DNA of 63,930 nt, counting the filler. It is 6 parts of 6 records of this genome, joined end to end, with 100 filler letters (N's around TTAATTAATTAA, not from the genome) between each part and the next. Parts side by side here need not be neighbours in the genome. Positions count along the whole stretch, not along the records: positions 1 to 5,518 come from SRR31147125_37529; positions 5,619 to 13,119 come from SRR31147125_37552; 4 more parts are not named here. The stretch is one strand, 5' to 3'. The notes below the pieces were generated by a model. The model worked only from the letters and a program-made list of their open reading frames with translations, did no database searches and was not told the DNA's origin. Shown here piece after piece: positions 1 through 10,616 of this stretch. The stretch's first letter is position 1; the number at the start of each line of letters is the position of its first letter. A program made the translations under genes and the position numbers.

Positions 1-369
1 CATCTCATCGTCGGACATGGGTTCTGCAAATTTCTCACTGATGGCTTCATACTCATTCATGAGATCCACGGTCTCCTGGACCCCCTCTTTGACAATCTCC
101 TTGACGGTCCGACTTTCGTCCAAGAGCGGTTCCTGCTCCAGGTATCCGATGGAGAAGCCTTTGGAGAGAATGGTTTCACCATTATACTCTTTATCCACTC
201 CGGCCATGATTTTGAGAAGTGAACTTTTACCGGATCCATTGAGACCCAGCACACCGATCTTGGCACCGTAAAAGTAGGAGAGAGAGACGTCCTTGATGAC
301 CGGTTTTTTATCGTAGTATTTACTCACTTTGATCATGGAGTAAATCACTTTTTTAGTATCTTCAGACAT
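1..369 (-). CDS. ettA: Energy-dependent translational throttle protein EttA (ABC-F), 5' part, runs off the window start
   Basis: Manual translation from ATG 369: MSEDTKKVIYSMIKVSKYYDKKPVIKDVSLSYFYGAKIGVLGLNGSGKSSLLKIMAGVDKEYNGE...GYLEQEP. Walker A GLNGSGKS and the EttA-type N-terminus are present. Not in the ORF track because it is truncated. Confidence 0.92.
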   Translation of the reverse strand, partial: MSEDTKKVIYSMIKVSKYYDKKPVIKDVSLSYFYGAKIGVLGLNGSGKSSLLKIMAGVDKEYNGETILSKGFSIGYLEQEPLLDESRTVKEIVKEGVQETVDLMNEYEAISEKFAEPMSDDEM

Positions 370-1023
370 ATATGGTTTTCCTGTTTTTCATAAATTCAGT
401 TTAATGGTGAAATACATACCCATGCATCGGTGGGCTCAACAACGCGTGAATGCGCTTGCCGGAGTACTTTCAAGGTCATTCAAATAACCGCTCATGAGTA
501 GTCGACCCACAACGAAGGTTGACTGCTCTCGACCGAGTGATGTTGAGAGCCGCCAAATAAAATTATTAAAAATAAGTCGGCTTTCATCACCTGTCAATGC
601 GCCCATCGCGCTCATCGAAGTTGTTTGCGATTTTCAATGGGGTGATACCCATGTTTGGATGCATGGGAGGGAAAGATATCGATGGCGTCATTCAAAGGGA
701 TAAAACCGGAAAAAGCTCTTATCTTCATCATTTTATAGTTTTTAAAAACTTGGGCGATACCCAAAGGCAGTGGAAGTCCGAAAAGGGATTTTTGCAGCGG
801 CTGTGCCCACAGTTGATTATTCACTCCGAAACGCCGGGTTTTAAAAAGTAGATGAAGGATCTGTTTCCAGTTTTCGAGAAAATAGTCGACTCTCTTTTTC
901 ATGGGATCAATTTCCAAAAAATTAAAGATTTAATGCGGACTCATGGTGTTAATATGCTTTGGGGGACAGACTGAAAACCTGTCCCTAATCGCCCAAATGG
1001 GGAACTTACTCAAAACCCGTTCC

Positions 1024-3116
1024 TTAAATAAAAGAAATTACCACCGGTTCCTTTAATATAAGCGTGCCGGCGTCATCGCTGGTTTTGGCGATGTCGGGAA
1101 AGGTATGATGGAGGCTTGTCAGCTGCCTTAAGTTCTCTCCGGTTCTCAGCACCAGCCTTGCCAGATCGCCCTCTGCCATTGCCGATCGTTTTACCAGGTT
1201 GTCCCAGGGTTCATCCTGAGCCCAGGAAAACATGGTGGCTGCCGGTTGAAGATAAAGCGCCGGGACATGGAATCCGTTTTGAAGCATTCTTGCGGCAAAG
1301 GGGCGCAGGGATTTTTTTAGGTTGGAGAATGATCGGGTCAGTTTTTTGGGCAGCAGCTGTTTTGGAAGCAGGGAGTCATCAAATTCCTTTTCATTGACAA
1401 AGGCCGCCATAATGGCGCAAAGCAATATGGGATCCCGCTTGGGCAGAAGTCCTTCCCGGATACAGTGGGCCACCATCAGGGGAGAGTCGATTCTCAATTT
1501 TGATGCCCAGACCCCGTCTTCAGTCAGTTTCCCGTCGTCGGTGACGAACCCCTCTGCCTGAAGGAAATGCAGATGCGCCAGAAAATCATCCCAGAGGAAT
1601 TCCAGATCCATGCCGTAGATTTTCCGGGCATATTTTCCTCTTTTCCCTTGTTGATCATGTAGGATGCAAATGATTTTTTTAAGAGTTCCCGAATCTGATC
1701 CGGCGTGTGGGATAACAGCAGATTGAGCACCATGGAAAAGTCGATGCGCAACTGACTCTGAACATCGGCAGCAGGTGCCGATACCATGCGGGAGGCATGG
1801 CGCAGATCCATGAATTTGCCGGGAAGCACCACGGCAAAACCGATTTTATCCATACCGCGACGTCCGGCACGACCGGTCATCTGCTGAAATTCACTGGCGG
1901 TGAGGGGAAGAAAATCCCGGCCGTTGAATCGATCGGAGTTGAGAATCACTACACTTCTGGCGGGGAAATTGACGCCTGCCGCCACCGTGGAGGTGGCAAA
2001 CATGGCATCCAGAAGCCCTTCGGACATCAATGTCTCCACCACGACCTTCCAGGCGGGCAGGTGACCACTGTGGTGGGAGGCGGTGGCGGTATGTTCCACC
2101 TGGTCTCTTTGAAGATGACCGGCCAGATGGCTGTTGTCTTTCACCAGCTCCGCCATGCGCTGTACCAGGGCTTCATGACGATCCGGCTCTCTTGTGATGA
2201 GCTCGGACGTGCAAAGGCGGATGGCCTGATCACAATCGGCTCGAGACTTTAAAAAGAAGATGGCCGGAAGCAGATCGAATTTTTTCAACACCCGAAGAAT
2301 TTCCGAAAAGCGGGGAAGGCGACCCGGTCGGGAAATCTGGGGCGGAGATTCCAGCTTGAGAAAATCGATGGTCTTTTTGTGCATCAATGCTTTTTTACCC
2401 GGCTGGAATCCGTTTTTCATGAGAGGTTGCAAGGTCCCTTCCGGATGCAAAAAGAGGGGAAAGAGGGGGACCGGGCGCTGATTTTCCTGGATCACCCGGC
2501 ACTCCCGCCCCCGAATGGTTTCCAGCCACCCCGACAGATGCCCGGGATTCCCCACCGTGGCCGACAGCATTAATAAAGGAACCCGAACCGGCAGGTAGAT
2601 GATGATCTCTTCCCATACCACCCCGCGTTCCAGATCCCCCAAATAATGGGCTTCATCCAGGATGACCAGATCACACTTGAGATTTTCACCGGTGAACATG
2701 GCATCATAAAGCTGATTTCGGAGGATCTCGGTGGTGCCGATGATGATGGCGGCATCCGCGTTTTCCTTGGTATCTCCGGTGAGAATCCCGACGTTGTCCT
2801 TTCCGAATTTTCGGATAAACTGGGCGTAGATGGAGTTGGTCAGGGCTTTGAGGGGAGTGGCATACCATACTTTCCCATAGCGGTCGCCGGCGTTGGTGAT
2901 ATCGGCATCATTGGGACGACCATCGACTATTTTTCGGGCAGCCTGCTCGGCAATCCAAGTTTTTCCCGCACCGGTGGGGGCGGTGACCAAGCAATCGGCC
3001 TCTCCAATGGCGGAAAGCGCTTGTAATTGAAATTTATCCGGAGAGAACGCTTTTTTTTGGGGGGTACCTATCCTGGAAAAGACGCTTCTGAGCTCGCCGT
3101 CTGCAGCGGGTTTCAT
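1024..3116 (-). CDS. Ski2/HelY-like DEAD/DEAH-box helicase, split by a frameshift near 1640 into ORFs 1524-3116 and 1024-1611
   Basis: Motifs APTGAGKT, TPLKAL, DEAH, SAT, HHSG, TSTVAAGVN and QMTGRAGRRG. The downstream ORF resembles the Ski2 C-terminal (DSHCT-like) region (EGDLARLVLRT). The frames join in an A-rich run. The true start may be ATG 3180 via another slip in an A8 run. Confidence 0.88.
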
Positions 3117-3394
3117 GCGGGGAAAATCCCCATTGTTACCGCTTCTTTTTTTTGTGGTGTTTGAAATATCTTTTTTTCATGGGCGCATAAAACCATAAAT
3201 CGCTATGACTTGCAACTCAATTGGAAACAGTGCTTTCAATGTGAAGACGCTACCGGCCATTATCCGGGTATAGACGCCTGATTTAAACTTCAGACGTTAA
3301 GGAATTCGTCCGAAATAACCGGCCCATACCTCTTTCCATTCATGGAGATGCGTCTGGGGAGTGAGGTAAATGGGTAACCTGTTCAAGACCGATT

Positions 3395-5445
3395 CTAAAA
3401 TGCGAGACGACTCAAGGATTTCAGTATCAGGGCAAATCCCATGGCGAACATTCCGGTGAGTCCCATGCCGCAGGAAAAACCCGCAAGCAGCACAGGAGCA
3501 TACTGCCGCCATTTTGCACCGTATCGTTTCAGGAAAAAGTATCTTCCCAACAGCGCTCCGATGATTTCCAGGAGGATGCCGTGGGGAGTACTCTGCCCCA
3601 ATCCTCTGACCACACCGTAAATTAAAAGAATGGGGAGGCCAAAAAAGGTGAGTATCATGTAGGTGACAATGCCGAAACCAAGACCGGATAGCACATAGTT
3701 CCCGTTCAGGGCTTGGTAGAAGAGGGAATTTCCTTCCAGGGTGGATGTTTGCATCAACAGGGTGTTCAGCGCCTGAAGATGCCACATTTCCTGGGCATAG
3801 GGATAGCTGGATGAGGGAATCGGGGCCAGCTGCCAGATAAATTGGGAAAAGAGAAGGCTGGCGATCATCACCACGGGGAAGACAAACAGCTCCGATTTGA
3901 TGATCCCCCGGATGGAGGTCCCGGTCAGTTCGATCTGTCGGAAATGGACGGTGGTTTCTCCGTAATTATGGATGGGAATGGGAGCATACCAGATCTCGAT
4001 GCCGTGGTAGCCGAAAAAACGAGCACCGGCAATGAAGCTGGCTTCCCGCACCAGCGGAAGGCTGACAAACTGACCGGCAATACCTTCCATGCGGGCGGTG
4101 ATGTATGAAATCAGGGGGGTGTAGATAAATCCATAGGCCAGAAAGAAGATCCAGGGGAAATTGGGGACCAGCCATAAACAGAGCCCGACATAGGCTAAGG
4201 TCGAGAAAACATAGATGGCAATGGATATCCAGAAATTGAAGTCTCCCCGGCCTTCAGGGGGATTGAAAAGGTCAGCCAGCCGTTCACGAAAGCTTTTGGA
4301 GGGGGGAGAAATTTTGATCCGCTACTGTTTTCATTGTCGCCATTGCTTCCATTTTCAGCTTCTCCGGAATTGTTTTCCCGGAAGGCTGCGGTTGACTTGA
4401 ATGATTTAATGACCGACCAGATACCTATGCAGCCGATGGCAAGTCCCAAGCCGATACCAAAGCTCATGTAGAAATCAAAATTGTTGGCAAAGACCGTATC
4501 CACCGTGCCCATGCCTTGGTGCCAGCGATGGAGAATGCCGGTTTTGTAGAGAATGGGATTGAGAATGATGGTGATGAGAAGGCCGATCAACCCGCCGATG
4601 ACGGCCCAAAAGGGCAAAACCATACCGATGAAGATGAGCCCCATGTCCAGCTGGATGCCGGTGGCCACTGCCGGAAGGATCGCTTCGGTATGTCGGGTGA
4701 GTTCCACCCACGGAATGGGAATTGGTCGAATGGGTTCCGTGAAGATCAGGCCGGACACCACCGGCAGGAGGACATAGATCCCTCCGAAGGCAAGACCGGT
4801 CACACCGCCCATGGAAAAGACCCGCCACTTCCATCCCGTCTTCTTATCTTCTCCGGATTCTGCAAGGGCCATGGTTCCTAAAGCCCCAACCGGTGCCATG
4901 GGAAAAGGGAGTTTCTCCACATCGGATGTGATACGGTAGAGGGCATACCCCAATCCGAAATGGTCAATACGCTGGATAATCTGGGAGCCCACCAGCAACA
5001 AAATGGGGATCATCCAGTCCCGATGGAGAAACGTTCGTTCCAGCATGGATTGGGATTCCGCCCCAGGTGCCACCCATTCGGGGATATATTCGGTCAGTCC
5101 CAGCATCACGGCAGCATCGGACTGTACCAGATACTGATTCCACAAAAGCCCTTGAAATGGAGAAGCCAGTGCCGCGCCGGCCATATAATATAATAGGAAG
5201 ATTTCCTGCTGCTTAAGGTCCTGCTGACTTCGTTTTGCAATCTCGGCAAACAGAATAATCGTGACCCATCGGGCCGCAGGTCCGATACCGGAACCAAGAA
5301 CCAGCTGAAGATACATGCTTCCCGGCATCATCAGAAATCCAATGAAAATGGCACCCACAACGGTTTTCCACCCAAACCCCTCTTCAAAGGTAGTGGGTGT
5401 TTCGATCAGATCACGATATTCAGCTAACTCTTTGTCATCATACAT
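3395..5445 (-). CDS. OPT-family-like oligopeptide transporter (polytopic membrane protein), frameshifted near 4290-4320
   Basis: Many TM helices and EKLPFPMAPVGA (OPT-like ExLPFP). The second frame continues RERLADLFNPPEGRGDFNFWISIAIY...MEGIAGQ to stop 3395. Likely start ATG 5445 (MYDDKELAEY). Confidence 0.75.
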
Positions 5446-5488
5446 AAAAATAACAATAGCAATTAAGAATGGAAAATGGTAACGGCTT

Positions 5489-5518
5489 CTCAGCACTCAG
5501 CACTCAGCACTCAGCACT
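5489..5518. repeat. Heptamer tandem repeat (CTCAGCA)x4.3 at the contig end
   Basis: ctcagca ctcagca ctcagca ctcagca ct directly before the N run. Confidence 0.9.
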
Positions 5519-5618
5519 NNNNNNNNNNNNNNNNNNNNNNNNNNNNNNNNNNNNNNNNNNNNTTAATTAATTAANNNNNNNNNNNNNNNNNNNNNNNNNN
5601 NNNNNNNNNNNNNNNNNN
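5519..5618. other. Artificial contig spacer
   Basis: N44-TTAATTAATTAA-N44 (stops in six frames). Confidence 0.99.
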
Positions 5619-5661
5619 AAAAAACAGCAACTACTGTTAAAATAGATACAATTCTTTTCAT
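5619..5661 (-). CDS. N-terminal fragment of a probably secreted protein, truncated by the contig end
   Basis: MKRIVSILTVVAVF, signal-peptide-like. Confidence 0.45.
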
Positions 5662-5877
5662 GATTTGAAATCTTTGGTTAATACAACTTTTTTATACGTA
5701 TCAATTTAATTATAGTTGAAATTTTAATAATGCAAATTGGAGGCACTGACTTGTGGTTGCCCTATTTATTCGTACAAAACATTAAAAATACATGTAACTA
5801 TTTACCATGTAAAAGAGTAAAAACAATCAACTTCCAGAATAAATCACAAGTTCTTTTAACCTAAAAAAATACATTAC

Positions 5878-7410
5878 ATGAAAACATTAGCAGAACTGTA
5901 TCCACAACGTTCGCGAGATGAAAATGTACGCTTAATAAAAAATGTAATGTATGCCCAAAGTCAGGCAGAACACGATAATGCAGTTATCGAGTTCTCAAAC
6001 AACCTGCACCCTTCACTTTTTGCTGAATTAGACTGGATGGAAATGAGCATTCCTGAACAGCACAAACAAAGAGCAGCTGAATTATCAGATTCACTCTTTT
6101 TTAATAATCTGGAAAAAATTATTCGACTACGGTATAAAGAATTTGAACTTGAAGACAACGATTTATTTCAGGAAATACTTGAGAACAACGATTTCTACAG
6201 ATATATTCTGGAGATTGAACCTGTTATTTCGAACGAGTTTGATGATAAATTACGAACAAAAATTAAAGAGACTTATCGAAAAACAATGCTTATTGCTGAG
6301 ACAGAATTCTCTTTAAAAAACACTAAACTAGACGAATATATAATCGTTAAACTAAACTCGATAAAAGATATCGATGTCCTTCCTCTATATATGCGGGAAA
6401 TTGTAACGAATCAGATTGCCTATTCTTTAGACCATATTTCTTCGCGCATCCGGGCAAAAAAGTTCATTCGTAAAATTGATAATAAATTGCCCGATTTTTT
6501 TGTTGAAGCCCAACCGACTGCCAAGCGTTTGCAAACATTGACCGAACAAGTAAAAGATTTAGCCGAACTTGCCAGAAAATACGTTTTAGGAGCTCTTTAT
6601 GGTACACTTGCTTCTATTCTTAAATATTTAGAAAATATCGATCCTCTTCATTTTAATCAGTTCGAAGGAGAACGAGCAAATGGTTATGGGCATTGCGGAA
6701 ATTGTTCAATGATGTTTTCTAGTTCTGCCATCGTATCATTCGATTCTTTTTGTCCCAATCTGTATGATGTAACAACCGATAGAATTACTTTACCACTTGA
6801 ATTTAATACCGCTAAATGTCCTTTTTGCGGAGCAGTTAAAAGAATAAATGTCCCGGCAATGTTTTATATTCCAAAACGAAACTCTGTAATTTATTGTATT
6901 CCTACTATGGGCCAAAATAGTGAGGAAGAAGCAGAACAAGTGTATGGCGAAATGATTAATCGTTTACGAGAAAATTATATTGCAAAAATTTCAGAAGAGG
7001 AAGCACAAAAATTTAACCAGGCAAACGAAGAAATAACTTATAGTACGATTAAGTTCTTAACCGCAATTCAAATGGGTACATCGAATGTAGTTTGGCATGC
7101 ATTTAGCCGTGTAAATTTAGCAGGAGGAAGAGCACTTTTAGTTGATCCAACCATGGGTGTAATAATTGAACTGATAGACCAGGGAGAAATTCACGAAATG
7201 TGGGATATTAACCCGCAAGAATTAAATGAAACAAAAGGAATAAGTAATGCTCTTACAGTTTTTGACGAGGAAGATTATGAAAGAGCTGAGGTTTTATTAA
7301 AAGAACAATTAGAATTGAATCCTGGTCATATGGCTATAAAGAAGTATTTGGCTCTTACTTACAAAAAGAATGGCAAAATTGATTTGGCACAAGATTTAAT
7401 GGAGATATGA
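5878..7410 (+). CDS. Hypothetical protein with a CpXC-like Zn-ribbon domain and a C-terminal TPR
   Basis: HCGNC...AKCPFCG...MFYIPKRNSVIYCIP resembles the CpXC pattern. The C-terminus (EDYERAEVLLKEQLELNPGHMAIKKYLALTYKKNGKIDLA) is TPR-like. Confidence 0.6.
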   Translation: MKTLAELYPQRSRDENVRLIKNVMYAQSQAEHDNAVIEFSNNLHPSLFAELDWMEMSIPEQHKQRAAELSDSLFFNNLEKIIRLRYKEFELEDNDLFQEILENNDFYRYILEIEPVISNEFDDKLRTKIKETYRKTMLIAETEFSLKNTKLDEYIIVKLNSIKDIDVLPLYMREIVTNQIAYSLDHISSRIRAKKFIRKIDNKLPDFFVEAQPTAKRLQTLTEQVKDLAELARKYVLGALYGTLASILKYLENIDPLHFNQFEGERANGYGHCGNCSMMFSSSAIVSFDSFCPNLYDVTTDRITLPLEFNTAKCPFCGAVKRINVPAMFYIPKRNSVIYCIPTMGQNSEEEAEQVYGEMINRLRENYIAKISEEEAQKFNQANEEITYSTIKFLTAIQMGTSNVVWHAFSRVNLAGGRALLVDPTMGVIIELIDQGEIHEMWDINPQELNETKGISNALTVFDEEDYERAEVLLKEQLELNPGHMAIKKYLALTYKKNGKIDLAQDLMEI

Positions 7411-7411
7411 T

Positions 7412-7963
7412 ATGCAAAGTATACTTGATTTTTTCACAAACGACAGTGGTATTATTGCAGCAATAGCAGCAATCATTGGCCTCGTTGGCGGAATACTGGC
7501 CATAACCGAAAAATGGCCATTCCGTCCCGTATTCAAAATTGCATCGCTTAAAATACAACCGCCGCCGCCCTCTTCAGAAGCTGGGAAAATTTCGTTCCAG
7601 TTATTAAATGCCGGCAAAGGGAAAGTTGTTCTTACTGACATGTTCTTAGTTGTTTCGGCACATGGAACAATGGATAAAATAAAAGAAACGGAAGCTGCTG
7701 CCGGACTCGAACAATTAACTTACAAGGTAAAACTGAATCCTTCAACCACCAGGTACGATGTACGTAAAAAAAGATTTGGGCCTCCTGCCGAACCAAGATC
7801 CTACGAAAGTAAAGAAGTAGAATCTTATATTATTGAACTAAGCTCGGTTGAACCTCAATGGTACAAATTTCATTTAGAAATAGCATGGTACAATACCTCG
7901 AAAAGTAATAAAACAAAGACACTAAAATCTAAAGAATTATATATTGAATTTTTAAAGTTTTAG
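7412..7963 (+). CDS. Hypothetical protein with an N-terminal TM anchor and a beta-rich domain
   Basis: GIIAAIAAIIGLVGGILAI hydrophobic segment; starts 1 nt after the upstream stop. Confidence 0.7.
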   Translation: MQSILDFFTNDSGIIAAIAAIIGLVGGILAITEKWPFRPVFKIASLKIQPPPPSSEAGKISFQLLNAGKGKVVLTDMFLVVSAHGTMDKIKETEAAAGLEQLTYKVKLNPSTTRYDVRKKRFGPPAEPRSYESKEVESYIIELSSVEPQWYKFHLEIAWYNTSKSNKTKTLKSKELYIEFLKF

Positions 7964-8101
7964 TGAGTAGTACCAATAAAAAAATATTCAGGGTGCCATT
8001 AATTTGCATCGGGGAAACGGCAGAACAAGCCTGCCGGTTATTACAAAAGAGCTTCATACTTATCTAAGTTTGAAGCCCTTTTTCTTTCCACACAAAGCTT
8101 C

Positions 8102-8929
8102 TTACTTTCTTTTTCTGAAAACAAATGATATTACCACTATTCCCACAATTACCAATAAGAATATAAGCAATACGTTCGGAGATTTTCCATCTGCCGGTGC
8201 AGGCTCCTCATAACTAGCAAACCACCCGGCCAATACAATCTCACTTTCGAGTTGCTCTTCTGTTTCATCAGGTAATTGGCTAAAAAAATCGGTACCGGTA
8301 ATTTCTTCAAGAAAATTTACTGTGGAAGTGAAATTTTCGAAAGGCAATTCAGATGCTTCGTTTGGAAATAAAAAAGCAATCATTTTTTCTTGTCCCGGGT
8401 CATAAAGAATCTTATAAAATGAAGACGGTACTCTTACCTGATTTTTACCAATTGCAATATTAGAATCATCAAAAACAGGCCCGGTTACCACATAAATACT
8501 GTCTTTTTCAACTGCCCAACTTCTAACCTGCGTTTCCAGTTCTTTCCAAATTCCGCGGTTAAATTCAGGCACCTGAGGCGAAACGTTCGACATATAAAAA
8601 CTTTCGTACATGGCCTTATCGTCAAATTTCATATCGGCAGCCGGACATAAATGCCCCCTATCGTAACCCGATTTTGTATAATCTTTTGTTGATGCCGATT
8701 TTGTTGAAACTAAAGGATCATTTCTGAAATTACTACTTCGTTTAGCATCTCCCGACAACATTTCCCCGGTTAACTTATAATATACCCAGTTGGCTTGTTC
8801 GTTTTCTTCGTTGTACGAAAGAGAGTAAAACTGATGGGTAATTGGCTTTTCATCAGACTCCGGTAAAAACTTTTGAGGATTATTAAATAGAGAAGAGATA
8901 AAAACAAAGGAGATAAATAAGTACTGCAT
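8102..8929 (-). CDS. DNA/RNA non-specific endonuclease (NucA/EndoG family) with a C-terminal membrane anchor
   Basis: GYDRGHLCPA, ESFYMSNVSPQ and FNRGIWKELE motifs; N-terminal signal; C-terminal TM followed by RKRK. Confidence 0.92.
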   Translation of the reverse strand: MQYLFISFVFISSLFNNPQKFLPESDEKPITHQFYSLSYNEENEQANWVYYKLTGEMLSGDAKRSSNFRNDPLVSTKSASTKDYTKSGYDRGHLCPAADMKFDDKAMYESFYMSNVSPQVPEFNRGIWKELETQVRSWAVEKDSIYVVTGPVFDDSNIAIGKNQVRVPSSFYKILYDPGQEKMIAFLFPNEASELPFENFTSTVNFLEEITGTDFFSQLPDETEEQLESEIVLAGWFASYEEPAPADGKSPNVLLIFLLVIVGIVVISFVFRKRK

Positions 8930-8933
8930 AATT

Positions 8934-10445
8934 CTATTTTAAATCGTTTAATAATTCTAAGCCAATACGATGAATAATAGGCGACGTTTCCGGCCCCAGC
9001 GAATTCTCTTCGCCGTACATTTCTTTATCGCGATAAGTCCATGGCTCTTCGTCATCCCACTGACTTTTGGGAATAAAATACCCCAATTCGTCGTTGGCCA
9101 TTCCAAAAACAAATTTGTATTTTCCCGGCATTTCATTTCGCAGAGGCGGTATTTCTACCGGAGAAATATTAAAATCCTGTCCTTCCGGTGCTTCTATTCC
9201 GCCATTTATTATTTCCGGGTAAATCTCTCCGGGAATGGTTAAAAACGATGCCGGGCCAATACTCCATGCAGCCATTTCTGTTCTCACCTGCCATTTTCCA
9301 ACCATGCCACGGTCTAATAAACCTGCAATAGCCCCTAGTCTAAAGAGTTTGTTGTTGAATGGCAACGTGAAGGTTTTGGCAAATAAAGAAATGGAGCCAT
9401 GGTCAATTGATTCTGTTGAATTTCTCAAAGCATTTTCAGCAACTTCAGCTAGTATCATTCCCTGCGCTTCAGCTTTCTCAAACGAGGCTTTCTTAATTTC
9501 TTTCCCATTTTTCGGATGAATAAGAGCAAGAGAAGGATGCGTGGTTATTAATCCTCCGACAGCACCATTTACATAAACACACGCGCCTCCAAATTTTTCT
9601 TCAATTCCTTTTCTGAAATAATGAGGAAAATCGGACGTTAACAACAAATTTTCACTCCACAAAGTCTCGGGGTGGTTTGCCCAGGACACGAGAGTACCTT
9701 TTACAGTGCCATCTGCTTTTTTTGCCTGAATGAGATACATTCCGGGGTCGTGAACAATTGGCTCGCGTTTATCTACAACAACTGAAAGTGCACTTTCTTC
9801 ATCTTTTGCAAAATGCAGACTTACTTCCTCCATATCATTTACTGCTGTTTCAACCGATTTTACCGTTTGATTAATTACAAATTCAAGGTACTTTTTGTTT
9901 ACCCCGCTTTTAACATAACTCTCACCCCAAATCCCCATTAAATCAGGAGCTTCGTGAACATGGGTCGAAGCAATCATACAATAATCAACTTTCAACTCAG
10001 CCGGGACTCGTTTCCGCACTTCAATAACCTGGTCGTGAAAAAAGCCAATGGCATCGAGCACAACAATTGCAATTCGTGTTGTTCCATCGTCAATAACCAT
10101 TGTCCGCGCCCAAAGTTTATCGTGCACACCATTGGCCGGTCTTTTGTTATGAAAACCAGCAATCCAAAATGCATCAAATTTTCCGTTATTGTTTTTATCG
10201 TTAAATGTATCTCCCTTCTTAGGTTCGTAACGAGCGTTCTTATCCACATCGTTCCAGGTATCAATAACTTCGGGAGTTATGGAAATTACAGCAAATCCGG
10301 ATTTAATTTTTCCTGCTGAATTATCCTTGATACTTAGGTTAAGTTCGTAGCCCTTATGCCTGTCCCGGGTTTGGTAACGAAATAACAGCATAACTCCTAA
10401 AACCAGGATAAGCAATACAATTACGATATTTTTGAAAACTTTCAT
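8934..10445 (-). CDS. Neutral/alkaline ceramidase-like N-terminal domain protein (metallohydrolase)
   Basis: GVHDKLWARTMVID, ASTHVHEAPD, NHPE, TIPGEIYPE and ANDELGY motifs; N-terminal TM/signal. Confidence 0.7.
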   Translation of the reverse strand: MKVFKNIVIVLLILVLGVMLLFRYQTRDRHKGYELNLSIKDNSAGKIKSGFAVISITPEVIDTWNDVDKNARYEPKKGDTFNDKNNNGKFDAFWIAGFHNKRPANGVHDKLWARTMVIDDGTTRIAIVVLDAIGFFHDQVIEVRKRVPAELKVDYCMIASTHVHEAPDLMGIWGESYVKSGVNKKYLEFVINQTVKSVETAVNDMEEVSLHFAKDEESALSVVVDKREPIVHDPGMYLIQAKKADGTVKGTLVSWANHPETLWSENLLLTSDFPHYFRKGIEEKFGGACVYVNGAVGGLITTHPSLALIHPKNGKEIKKASFEKAEAQGMILAEVAENALRNSTESIDHGSISLFAKTFTLPFNNKLFRLGAIAGLLDRGMVGKWQVRTEMAAWSIGPASFLTIPGEIYPEIINGGIEAPEGQDFNISPVEIPPLRNEMPGKYKFVFGMANDELGYFIPKSQWDDEEPWTYRDKEMYGEENSLGPETSPIIHRIGLELLNDLK

Positions 10446-10616
10446 TTCTAATAATTTAATTTTAAATGAGCAATGAAAGTAACAAATTTTAAAAGAAACT
10501 GGAACACAAAAAATCGGTCAATACTTTGTTGCACAACACCCCTTCCCCTGATTAAAAGCCTTTTATCCTGAATAAATTTTATGTAAATTTATAAGGAACC
10601 ATAAAAATTTATTGCC

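Noticed and set aside
434-548. Integron attC site or retron msr-msd
   Set aside because: GCTCAAC...GTTGAG resembles R boxes, but there are no complementary L boxes, and no integrase or reverse transcriptase is present on the contig.
494-917. Short ORFs 494-703, 597-851 and 612-917 as genes or a transposase remnant
   Set aside because: No recognisable motif; the faint resemblance of 612-917 to a transposase C-terminus is too weak to call.
963-985. GGGACAG-N9-CTGTCCC hairpin after the helicase gene
   Set aside because: Only a 7-bp stem without a convincing U tract; cannot be assigned.
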